A DNA stretch of 32,000 nt from Candidatus Nanopusillus acidilobi (lineage in GTDB: Archaea > Nanobdellota > Nanobdellia > Nanobdellales > Nanobdellaceae). The stretch covers positions 240,001-272,000 of the forward strand of contig CP010514.1 of NCBI GenBank assembly GCA_001552015.1, written 5' to 3'. Positions 18,112-26,495 of this stretch are shown here, piece after piece. The translations under genes were made by a program, and so were the position numbers. The notes under the pieces are model-generated. The model worked only from the letters and a program-made list of their open reading frames with translations, made no database searches and had not been told where the DNA came from. Within the stretch, counting starts at the first letter, position 1. The number at the start of each line of letters is the position of its first letter.

Positions 18112-19290
18112 TTATTCATATCTCAATGCAACCATTGGATCAATTCTAGAAGCTTTTATTGCTGGTAATGTTCCAGATAAAATACCTATAAAGAATGGAA
18201 ATACTAAAGAAAAAACTATTAATTGTACATTAATATATGGTTGTAGTCCAATAAATCCATAAAATGATAATACAGAAGAAGCTATATATGCTGTAAAAAA
18301 TCCAAGTGTTATTCCAAAAATTCCTCCTATTAATCCTATAAATCCAGATTCTAATAAAAATAAAATTAATACTTCTATATTTTTCATTCCTAGAGCTTTT
18401 AATAATCCTATTTCTCTATATCTTTCTAAAATAGATGTATACATTGTATTTACAATATTTATTGCTGAAATTAGTATAGATATTGATGCAATTATTAATG
18501 AAAACATGGATATTCCTCCAATAATTTGATCTGCAATTTGTTCAATAGATTGAGCAGTTATTATTGTATATGTTTGACCCTTTAATGAATTTATATAATT
18601 TTTTATCGAATTATATGCTATATTATAATTATAAGTAATTACAATTAGATAATTATAATTTATACTTCCAAATAATTTTTCATATTCTCCTTCTGGGAAT
18701 AAAATATTATAATCAGGGGTTCCTCCTGTCTGTTGTAATATTCCAACTACCTGACATCTTTGTCCAAATATATTTATATAATCTCCAACACTTATTTTTT
18801 GATTATTTAATAAAGGAGAATTTGCAATTTGATATCCTAAATCAACCTGGCAATTATTATTGTTTGTTATAAAGGTCCCCTCAAAAATATTATAATCTAT
18901 ATATGTTAAATAATTGACTTTGTTTGTATTAATAACTAATATATTAGCAGGTATTTGATAATTATTATATTTAATTATTGTAGAAGTTGAGTATGCTTTT
19001 ATAACTCTTTCTACTCCAGGTAATGTTTGAATATTTTCAATAAAACTATTTGTAAAATATCCTGAAATGGAACTGACAAAACCAGCCCTTGCACCTGGAA
19101 AGATAAATATTGCCTTATTTCCAAATCTATTTAATTCGCTTTGAACATAATATTGTAAACCCTGCGATAATGCAATTAATGTAAATATAGTAGCTATACC
19201 AATTGTAATTCCTAAAGACGTTAAAAAAGTCCTTACTTTTTTTGTCCTTAAATATTTTAATATTAAAAATAAATAATCATTTATTTTCAT
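18112..19290 (-). CDS. ABC transporter permease, MacB/FtsX type
   Basis: 392 aa: N-terminal TM, a large extracytoplasmic domain, then a C-terminal FtsX-like 3-TM bundle (...YREIGLLKALGMKNIEVLILFLLES...AIKASRIDPMVALRYE). Confidence 0.8.
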   Translation of the reverse strand: MKINDYLFLILKYLRTKKVRTFLTSLGITIGIATIFTLIALSQGLQYYVQSELNRFGNKAIFIFPGARAGFVSSISGYFTNSFIENIQTLPGVERVIKAYSTSTIIKYNNYQIPANILVINTNKVNYLTYIDYNIFEGTFITNNNNCQVDLGYQIANSPLLNNQKISVGDYINIFGQRCQVVGILQQTGGTPDYNILFPEGEYEKLFGSINYNYLIVITYNYNIAYNSIKNYINSLKGQTYTIITAQSIEQIADQIIGGISMFSLIIASISILISAINIVNTMYTSILERYREIGLLKALGMKNIEVLILFLLESGFIGLIGGIFGITLGFFTAYIASSVLSFYGFIGLQPYINVQLIVFSLVFPFFIGILSGTLPAIKASRIDPMVALRYE

Positions 19291-20710
19291 TTTTCTTTCT
19301 TCTTTTCATTATATAATATATTATACCTACAAAAATCAAAATTAATATTATTATACCAACTAAAATATTTCTAGAAGATTTTGTATAATAAATATTATAT
19401 CCAAGATTTTCTAGAGAAGTATTATAAAGTATTGTATATTTATTTCCAAAAATATCATTATAATATATTTGTATATATACTGTTGTATTTGGATAGCAAT
19501 TATTATTTAATGTAAATACAACGGAATTTGAATTTCCAGGATCTAATTCTCCAATATATCCTTGATTTGGTGAAATTATACATTTACTAGAACTATAAAC
19601 ATTCATATACATATTATATGCTGGTGCATTTCCATAATTGAATATATTAAATGTTAGTGTTCCAGAACTATATGATCCTGATAAAGTTATATTTGGATAT
19701 GCATTTATATTTTCAACAATATATCCATTTAAACTATATAATATTGAATTTGAATAATATTGAATATTAAATGGAATAGTTACAGTCCCATATAGATTAT
19801 TATTTACAATTACTGTTATTGGAATATTTATTTCCTGTCCTGGCAATATATTATTGATATAAATGTTATTATTTGCAATTGAAATATTTGTACCTAAAAA
19901 TGTTAATGAAATATCAGATATATTTGAATTTGTAGGATTATATAATGTTAAATTAATTATATTTTCTCCAATATTTAGATATCCAACATTATATAAAACT
20001 TCTAATCTATTATTTGATGGTAAAATTGGTACATTAATTGTTGTTGTATAATTGTTAATATTTCCTAAAGGATCCTGATAAATTATAAATAAAGGTATTG
20101 TACAATAATTATTTGCATAATTTGATGGAATTAATAATTGGAAATTAATTAATGTAGAACCAGATAAATTAGATAAATATATTGAAGATGGTTCTAATGA
20201 ACATGCGGAGAAATTTGATTGAATTAATACATTATATATTTCTTCTCCATAATTTGTTATATTTAATACTAGATTTGCAATGCTTCCATAATAATTATTT
20301 GAATAATAATAATTACTAATTGTTATATATGGTAAATTTTCTACAATTATTGGATATATTTGTGAAATTTCACCAGATCCATTATTGTTTGTATAACTTC
20401 CATTTATTATTATATTATAACTTCCAGGATTACAACTTTCATATAAATTTAATGAAGTACAATATGAATCTCCAGGATTTAAATATGGAATATAAATTGA
20501 GGATTGATTTGAATATATGCAGTTTGGATAATATATATTTAAATTAATTGTATTTGCCTCAGATAATCCATTATTTATTATGCAAACTTCTAGATTTATA
20601 TTATTATTAGTACTTACTATTACTGGTGATATTTTTGTAATATTTATTTGTAAAGAATATATACTAAAAAGTAGAAGGGTTAGCAAAAATGTATAGATTA
20701 ATTTTTTCAT
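19277..20710 (-). CDS. membrane-anchored surface protein with ~4 tandem CARDB/Ig-like (COG1361 'S-layer domain'-like) repeats
   Basis: Signal peptide MKKLIYTFLLTLLLFSIYS and C-terminal TM plus basic stop-transfer (ILVGIIILILIFVGIIYYIMKRRKK). There is a ~100-aa periodicity with a recurring L-x-PG-x-S/E motif (YLNPGDSY, NILPGQEI, ELDPGNSN) and many N-x-S/T sequons. It overlaps the permease gene by 14 nt. Confidence 0.65.
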   Translation of the reverse strand: MKKLIYTFLLTLLLFSIYSLQINITKISPVIVSTNNNINLEVCIINNGLSEANTINLNIYYPNCIYSNQSSIYIPYLNPGDSYCTSLNLYESCNPGSYNIIINGSYTNNNGSGEISQIYPIIVENLPYITISNYYYSNNYYGSIANLVLNITNYGEEIYNVLIQSNFSACSLEPSSIYLSNLSGSTLINFQLLIPSNYANNYCTIPLFIIYQDPLGNINNYTTTINVPILPSNNRLEVLYNVGYLNIGENIINLTLYNPTNSNISDISLTFLGTNISIANNNIYINNILPGQEINIPITVIVNNNLYGTVTIPFNIQYYSNSILYSLNGYIVENINAYPNITLSGSYSSGTLTFNIFNYGNAPAYNMYMNVYSSSKCIISPNQGYIGELDPGNSNSVVFTLNNNCYPNTTVYIQIYYNDIFGNKYTILYNTSLENLGYNIYYTKSSRNILVGIIILILIFVGIIYYIMKRRKKNENK

Positions 20711-20742
20711 GAGATTATTATATTTGAAAAATATTTATAAAA

Positions 20743-21441
20743 TTACTTTAATAATTCTAATGTTTCGTCTATTGTAGCATTATCTTTTAATATTTTTCCA
20801 TTTCTTATTACTACTATCCTATTAGTTCTTTCTGCTACTCTTAAATCATGTGTTACTATTACAATTGTTCTATTTTCTTCTTCATTTAATTTTTTTAATA
20901 TATCTAATAATTCATTTGCTGATTTCTCATCAATATTTGCAGTAGGCTCATCTGCTAAAATTAATTTAGGATCATTTACCAATGCTCTAGCAATAACAAC
21001 TCTTTGTTGTTGTCCTCCAGATAATTGATTTGGATAATTATATAATCTATCGCCTAATCCAACTTTATTTAATAATTCTTTTGCTTTTTCTAAATTTTTA
21101 TTTCCAGAAATCCTTAAACCAATTTGAACATTTTCCAATGCATTTAGATAATTAAATAAATAATATTGTTGGAATATAAATCCAATATATTTTCTTCTTA
21201 ATTCTGATAATTGATTATCATTTAATTTTGATATATCTTTATCAAATAAATATACTTTTCCTTTTGTTGGTCTATCTAAGCATCCCATTATTGCTAATAA
21301 TGTGGATTTTCCAGATCCTGATGGTCCAACTATTGATAAAAATTCTCCTTCTTTAATTTTTAAACTTACATTTTCCAATGCTTTTATAGGGTATCCTCCA
21401 ACATAATATATTTTTTCAACATTTTCTAATTTAACTATCAT
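20743..21441 (-). CDS. ABC transporter ATP-binding protein (MacB/LolD-like)
   Basis: Walker A GPSGSGKST, Q-loop, signature LSGGQQQRVVIARAL, Walker B LILADEPT, and H-loop VTHD. Confidence 0.92.
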   Translation of the reverse strand: MIVKLENVEKIYYVGGYPIKALENVSLKIKEGEFLSIVGPSGSGKSTLLAIMGCLDRPTKGKVYLFDKDISKLNDNQLSELRRKYIGFIFQQYYLFNYLNALENVQIGLRISGNKNLEKAKELLNKVGLGDRLYNYPNQLSGGQQQRVVIARALVNDPKLILADEPTANIDEKSANELLDILKKLNEEENRTIVIVTHDLRVAERTNRIVVIRNGKILKDNATIDETLELLK

Positions 21442-22073
21442 AACTCAATATATTTTTCAATTTCAAAAATATTTATTATCTTTGGAACATCTATTTTTGG
21501 ATAGTACCATGCCAGTTTTAATGGATATGGTGGATAATATATTCTTTTAAATAATTTTATATTTAATTTATTTTTTATTTGATATAAGTTTGTATTTTTG
21601 TCATCTATATATATTATATCTTTATCTATATTTATTAAATATTCAAATACATCAATAATTGTTTTAAATTCTTCAGTACCATATAATAATATATCTCTAA
21701 AATATTTATCCAAATTTGTTTTCTTAATTCTTTTTATTTTAATGTCTTTTGTATCATCTTTAGATGTTACTAAATATAAATCATTATTCTTATATTTCTC
21801 TAAAAATTCTATTGTTCCTGGTAATATCATTTGATTTTCTGTTCTAATTTTCCAATAATATTCTATTATTTCATCAGGATTGTCTTTTATTAAGAATCTT
21901 ATCCATTTTCCTCTTTCAAAAATTCCAAAATAATCTCCAAGATCTTCTACTGCAAGCATTGCTTCAGTAAATCCTTCATATAAATTTAATTCTTCTCTTA
22001 TTTTTTCATAAATTAAAGGTATGATTGAGTAGCTATCTACAAGTGTTCCATCGTAATCTAAAGAAATTATCAT
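21438..22073 (-). CDS. HAD-superfamily hydrolase
   Basis: Motif I MIISLDYDGTLVDS (D-x-D-x-T), motif II LVTSK, and a C-terminal IYIDDK-type acidic motif. It overlaps the ABC ATPase gene by 4 nt. Confidence 0.75.
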   Translation of the reverse strand: MIISLDYDGTLVDSYSIIPLIYEKIREELNLYEGFTEAMLAVEDLGDYFGIFERGKWIRFLIKDNPDEIIEYYWKIRTENQMILPGTIEFLEKYKNNDLYLVTSKDDTKDIKIKRIKKTNLDKYFRDILLYGTEEFKTIIDVFEYLINIDKDIIYIDDKNTNLYQIKNKLNIKLFKRIYYPPYPLKLAWYYPKIDVPKIINIFEIEKYIEL

Positions 22074-22376
22074 TTAAAATATTTCTTGATCAAGTAATAT
22101 TTTATATCTTAACAGATCCTGGGTAATTAATACAATATTATTATGTAAAATCTTTTGTATATCCAATATTCTAATAAACATTCTATATTCATCTTCTTTT
22201 AATAAAGGTCTTTTAATTTCTTCTTTATTAAATTCTTCTAATTCTTCTAATAATGTTTCCAATTCATTAATACTATCTTTTAGTTTATTAACATTTCTTT
22301 TAATATCTTTAATAATTTTTATTTCTTCTTCATTTAAGCTTTTATCATGATCTATTGCATCTCTCTCAGGATCCAT
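22074..22376 (-). CDS. hypothetical coiled-coil protein
   Basis: 100 aa, charged and heptad-like (NKLKDSINELETLLEELEEFNKEEIK). It abuts the HAD gene with no gap. I recognise no family. Confidence 0.45.
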   Translation of the reverse strand: MDPERDAIDHDKSLNEEEIKIIKDIKRNVNKLKDSINELETLLEELEEFNKEEIKRPLLKEDEYRMFIRILDIQKILHNNIVLITQDLLRYKILLDQEIF

Positions 22377-22399
22377 AAAAAATAAAAAACCATTGGAAT

Positions 22400-22708
22400 T
22401 TATAAGCTTACTTCTACTGTTTCATTATATTCTCTTTCAATATTCCAGATTTTAATATCTTTAGTATACATTTTCTTTGGTTCTTTTGTATTGTCATCTA
22501 ATACAATGACGATTGTACCAGTTATTAATTTTCCAGTTCCAATCGATTCTTCTATTTTGAATCCAAGCCTTTGTATTAATTTTGTTACATCTTTTTTATA
22601 TTTATCTATTATTTCTCTATTATTTGCCGCTATTGCTCCATATACATTTGTAATAAAACTTCTACCCGTAGGATTTACGGGCCTTAATAATTCTATGGAT
22701 ATTTCCAT
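22400..22708 (-). CDS. hypothetical protein
   Basis: 102-aa ORF of ordinary globular composition, first gene of the minus-strand cluster. I recognise no motif. Confidence 0.5.
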   Translation of the reverse strand: MEISIELLRPVNPTGRSFITNVYGAIAANNREIIDKYKKDVTKLIQRLGFKIEESIGTGKLITGTIVIVLDDNTKEPKKMYTKDIKIWNIEREYNETVEVSL

Positions 22709-22756
22709 TATGAATAGTTATATTAAATATATAAAAGTTTTCTTTATAGATTATCA

Positions 22757-23428
22757 ATGAAATTTTTGGTAACTTCTGATCTTCATCTGCCAACGTATTA
22801 TAAAGAGTTTTATGAGAGTTTAAATAAAATTAATGAAAAAATAGATTTTGTTATATTATGTGGAGATATAATTGATAATAAGGAACATATTTATATTAAA
22901 AAACTATATTATTTATTAAACAGTAAATTCGGAAATATAAAAATATTTTCAACCTTTGGTAATAATGAAGCATCCTTTTTATTAAATGGAGAAAAGGATA
23001 AAGATTTTTATAGAAAAGAATATAATTTTATTAATTGGTTAGATTATGAATATTATGATTTGGGTGAATATTATTTATTGGGATTTGAAGGTTTTCCAGA
23101 GAGAACATGGAAAATGATAAATATTGAAAATATAAAAGAATATTATTCTAAGAAATTGGAAAATATATTTAATAGCTTAAATAAAAAAATAATTGTTTTT
23201 TCTCATTATGGTTTATCTAGAGATACTGTTTTTGGAGATCCTGCACCAGAATGGTCATTATATTCAAAATATATAGAAAATTTGATTAGAAAATATTCTG
23301 ATAAAATTATTTATGGATTCCATGGACATGCTCATAATTCGAAAAATTATAGAACAAAGATAAATAATACTGAAATATATAATATTGCATTTCCATTACA
23401 TAAGAAACCTTTACTTTTTGAAATATAA
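22757..23428 (+). CDS. metallophosphoesterase (calcineurin-like)
   Basis: Ordered motifs SDLHL, CGDIID, GNNE, SHYG and GHAHN. Confidence 0.8.
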   Translation: MKFLVTSDLHLPTYYKEFYESLNKINEKIDFVILCGDIIDNKEHIYIKKLYYLLNSKFGNIKIFSTFGNNEASFLLNGEKDKDFYRKEYNFINWLDYEYYDLGEYYLLGFEGFPERTWKMINIENIKEYYSKKLENIFNSLNKKIIVFSHYGLSRDTVFGDPAPEWSLYSKYIENLIRKYSDKIIYGFHGHAHNSKNYRTKINNTEIYNIAFPLHKKPLLFEI

Positions 23429-23474
23429 ATTATTATCTCTAATAGTGATGCTATAATACCTTTTTTATTAATTC

Positions 23475-23621
23475 TTTCTAAATAATGTTAAGGATATTTT
23501 CTAGTTAATTTTTAGCATTTCTAAATACATAAGATCTTTCTAAAATATGCTGAGATAAATAAACTCTTAAAATATATATTTATGTTAGCTTATAATAGCT
23601 TATAATAAAGTTTTCTAAATA
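23475..23621 (+). repeat. cluster of four direct copies of TTTCTAAA(A)TA plus a tandem AGCTTATAAT duplication in a 200-nt intergenic region
   Basis: Exact TTTCTAAATA at 23475-23484, 23518-23527 and 23612-23621. TTTCTAAAATA at 23537-23547. AGCTTATAAT-AGCTTATAAT at about 23587-23606. Confidence 0.5.
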
Positions 23622-23628
23622 ATATGAT

Positions 23629-23973
23629 ATGATAAAAGTTAAGAGAGTATATGATCCTATAGAAAAAGACAATGAAGTTAGAATTTTAGTAGATAGAATA
23701 TGGCCAAGAGGTATTAAAAAAGATAAAATAGATATTTGGCTTAAAGATATAGCCCCCAGTAATGAATTAAGAAAATGGTATAATCATGATCCTAATAAAT
23801 GGGAAGAATTTAAAAGAAGATATTTTGATGAATTAGATAAAAATCCAAAAATTAATGAACTTTTACAATTAATTAGAAAAAATGAAAATATTACTTTGCT
23901 TTATGCTTCTAAATCTCCATATAATAATGCAATTGCATTAAGAGAATATATAGAAAAGAAGATATTAAAGTAA
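23629..23973 (+). CDS. DUF488 family protein
   Basis: [61 protein letters not shown]...LLYASK matches the DUF488 pattern (RVY...LVDRLWPRG...W.K.LAPS..LR.WF.H....W..F...Y). Confidence 0.8.
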   Translation: MIKVKRVYDPIEKDNEVRILVDRIWPRGIKKDKIDIWLKDIAPSNELRKWYNHDPNKWEEFKRRYFDELDKNPKINELLQLIRKNENITLLYASKSPYNNAIALREYIEKKILK

Positions 23974-23978
23974 ACCAA

Positions 23979-24079
23979 TGCCGCCGCGGGGATTTGAACC
24001 CCGGACCTCCTGGTTTCTCACAAACTCATCGATTTTATAGGTTATGAGCCAGGCGCTCCAACCCCTGAGCTACGGCGGC
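23979..24079 (-). tRNA. tRNA with anticodon CAU (elongator Met or Ile2) carrying a 28-nt intron at 37/38
   Basis: The reverse complement folds as GCCGCCG-TA-GCTC-AGGGGTTG-GAGC-G-CCTGG-CTCATA[ACCTATAAAATCGATGAGTTTGTGAGAA]A-CCAGG-AGGTC-CGGGG-TTCAAAT-CCCCG-CGGCGGC-A. The intron is at 24015-24042. G1:C72 and the anticodon stem argue against an initiator. Confidence 0.88.
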
Positions 24080-24132
24080 TTAATAAATTCCTTATTTTTA
24101 ATTTTATAAGATTATTTATAATTTTAAATTTA

Positions 24133-24528
24133 ATGGCTGAAAAAGAAAGATGGGGTATTGCATATATATATTCAAGTAAAAATAATACTATAATTCATAT
24201 TACAGATATAACTGGTAGTGAAACAATTGCATTTAGTTCTGGTGGTAGGGTTGTTTTGGCTCAAAGATTAAAAGGTACTCCAACTGCTGCAATTTTAGCT
24301 GCAAAACAAGCTGCTCAAAAAGCTTTGGAAAGAGGTATAAATGCTGTTCATGTTAGGGTAAGGGCTCCTGGTGGACATAATGGTCCTTGGGTTCCTACAC
24401 CATCTGCACAATTTGCAATTAAAACATTAATTACTTCAGGATTAAAGATTGGGGTTGTCGAAGATATAACTCCAATACCTCATGATCATTGTAGAAGGAA
24501 GGGAGGAAAGAGAGGAAGAAGATTATAA
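24133..24528 (+). CDS. rps11: 30S ribosomal protein S11 (uS11)
   Basis: [32 protein letters not shown]...[10 protein letters not shown]...[22 protein letters not shown] is a canonical uS11 sequence. Confidence 0.93.
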   Translation: MAEKERWGIAYIYSSKNNTIIHITDITGSETIAFSSGGRVVLAQRLKGTPTAAILAAKQAAQKALERGINAVHVRVRAPGGHNGPWVPTPSAQFAIKTLITSGLKIGVVEDITPIPHDHCRRKGGKRGRRL

Positions 24529-24590
24529 TTTTTTATAAAATCTTCATTAATATTTTCTTAATTACTCTCTTTATTGCATATAAATAAAAT

Positions 24591-25664
24591 TTAATTCTTT
24601 CCATTTGCTTTTTCTTCTAAAAATTTTATCAAATTTTCTATATCTTTTTCATATATTAATCCACCGGCTGCCTTTGGATGTCCTCCGCCATTTATTCCAT
24701 ATTCTTTTGCAAATTCTCTCATTAATATTCCTAAATCATATTTTCCAGATTGATTCCTTAAAGATATACTATATCTTTTATATTTTCCCTTAAATAATCT
24801 TCCAAATAATTTTTCTTTTAAAGATAGTACCAATATTATTTTTTCAGGATAAAATGATGATAATATTGTAGATATAACTGAAGATTTCTTCGCTTTAAAT
24901 ACTAACAATTTTTCAGATTCATATATTTTTTTAGCGCTTTTTAATCCTTCGTAATATTTTATTGCTTCATTCTTTAATTTTCTTAAGTCAAATTCTTTTA
25001 TAAATTCTTCAATATTTAATGCTTTATCAATATTTTTTGATATTTTATATGGATATGATATTAAAAATAAATAAAAATATAATATATATGGAATATAAAA
25101 ATATTTACCATTATAAAATCCTTTGTAATTTTTTAATAGATCATTTAATAATTCTTTATCGTTTTCCAACATAAAATCCCCCACAGCCCCAATAGATGCC
25201 AATAATGAATATTTTGAAAATTCTTCACCGAATAATATTTTTCCAATTCTATATGATATACTAGTTGTACATATTTCTAAATTAAATAATGCCCTTACAT
25301 CAAAATATATTAAATTCTTTGGTAAAATTCTTGGAACCCTTCTTTTATGATGATCCAAATATATTATTTTTATTTTTTCATGTCTTTTAGAAAAATTAAT
25401 TAAATATTTATCATCCATTGGCGTGTCTAAAAATATTATTGTATTTATTGTTTTCTTATTAAATATTATTCCATCCAATATCTTTATTAGATCTAAATTA
25501 TTTTCTCCAGCAATTCTAAAATATTCCATATATTTCTTATTTAATTTTTCTAATATTATTTTCATTAATCCCAATGCCATTTTTCCATCCAAATCAGAAT
25601 CTGCTACTATTAATATTTCTTCATTTGAATCTTTTATCTCTTTTGCTATATCTGAAAAATCCAT
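24591..25664 (-). CDS. DHH/DHHA1 phosphoesterase (RecJ/NrnA-like), canonical motifs
   Basis: Motif I VADSDLDG, motif II FLDTP, motif III LDHHKR, motif IV GAVGDF, and DHHA1 GGGHPKAAGG. Confidence 0.8.
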   Translation of the reverse strand: MDFSDIAKEIKDSNEEILIVADSDLDGKMALGLMKIILEKLNKKYMEYFRIAGENNLDLIKILDGIIFNKKTINTIIFLDTPMDDKYLINFSKRHEKIKIIYLDHHKRRVPRILPKNLIYFDVRALFNLEICTTSISYRIGKILFGEEFSKYSLLASIGAVGDFMLENDKELLNDLLKNYKGFYNGKYFYIPYILYFYLFLISYPYKISKNIDKALNIEEFIKEFDLRKLKNEAIKYYEGLKSAKKIYESEKLLVFKAKKSSVISTILSSFYPEKIILVLSLKEKLFGRLFKGKYKRYSISLRNQSGKYDLGILMREFAKEYGINGGGHPKAAGGLIYEKDIENLIKFLEEKANGKN

Positions 25665-25701
25665 TTAATATTGAAATACAATAATATTTAAAAATATAGA
25701 A

Positions 25702-25772
25702 GCCCCGATAGCTCAGTGGTAGAGCGGTGGACTCGTAATCCACAGGCCCGGGTTCAAATCCCGGTCGGGGCT
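25702..25772 (+). tRNA. tRNA-Thr (anticodon CGU)
   Basis: GCCCCGA-TA-GCTC-AGTGGTA-GAGC-G-GTGGA-CTCGTAA-TCCAC-AGGC-CCGGG-TTCAAAT-CCCGG-TCGGGGC-T. No intron and no encoded CCA. Confidence 0.9.
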
Positions 25773-26427
25773 ATCTTCTATATCTATAATAATTTCCATA
25801 GTAATTTCCATAATTATATCCATAATAATTATAATAATTACTATAGTTTTGTTGGTTATATTGTAAATTATTTTCAGCGAAATTATCAATATTTTCTTCA
25901 TTATTTTCCTCATTTTCTTCTTCGAATTTTTCTTCTTCTTCAACGAATTCTGGTAATAATTTATCTATTACATATACTGTTATATATATTAATGGGAAGA
26001 AAATTATTATTGAAAGAAAATCTATATAATTAAATTCTATTATTCCATATATAAGTGGTGTAAACATAATCTGGAAATATGAAAAGAATCCGGTTTTTCC
26101 AAGTATTTTTGCAATCTTTTTTCTTTTTATAGATGCTATTAATATAAATAAGGATAAAAATAAGAAAAATAATGTTATAATTAATTTATTATAATCATTA
26201 AGTTCATTATCTAAATATAAATGTCTTAACCAATCTATAGAAACCCATGAAAATATAATACTATTTGCTAAAGAGTGTGAATACCTAAGTTCTTTTCTTT
26301 CTACTAAGAATTCCATTGCAAACCATGTTATATAAACTGGATATGTAACCCATATAATTTCTATATTTGTAAGTGTAGATATAAATATTGTTGAGAATGC
26401 TTGAAATATTGATGTTATATCTATCAT
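25771..26427 (-). CDS. hypothetical multi-pass membrane protein with acidic then Y/N/G-rich C-terminal tail
   Basis: 218 aa with about 5 hydrophobic segments. The tail is EEEEKFEEENEENNEENIDNF...NYSNYYNYYGYNYGNYYGNYYRYRR. The stop codon overlaps the 3' end of tRNA-Thr on the other strand by 2 nt. Confidence 0.55.
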   Translation of the reverse strand: MIDITSIFQAFSTIFISTLTNIEIIWVTYPVYITWFAMEFLVERKELRYSHSLANSIIFSWVSIDWLRHLYLDNELNDYNKLIITLFFLFLSLFILIASIKRKKIAKILGKTGFFSYFQIMFTPLIYGIIEFNYIDFLSIIIFFPLIYITVYVIDKLLPEFVEEEEKFEEENEENNEENIDNFAENNLQYNQQNYSNYYNYYGYNYGNYYGNYYRYRR

Positions 26428-26495
26428 TATAATAAGTAAAAAATTTTGAAATATTAAAATATTAATTTTTAAATATAAATTTTAGAATAAAGATT

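Noticed and set aside
24015-24042. GAUGAG and GUGAGAA inside the tRNA(CAU) intron, considered as an intron-encoded mini C/D guide like the haloarchaeal tRNA-Trp intron
   Set aside because: The intron is only 28 nt, too short for C, D and a guide. The GUGAG is better explained as the strand pairing with the anticodon loop (CUCAU) to form the splicing bulge-helix-bulge.
25713-26033. ORFs 25713..25943 (-) and 25716..26033 (+) from the ORF track
   Set aside because: Both overlap tRNA-Thr and the real membrane-protein gene (25771..26427). Their translations are low-complexity I/K/N/Y strings typical of off-frame or antisense reading of AT-rich DNA.
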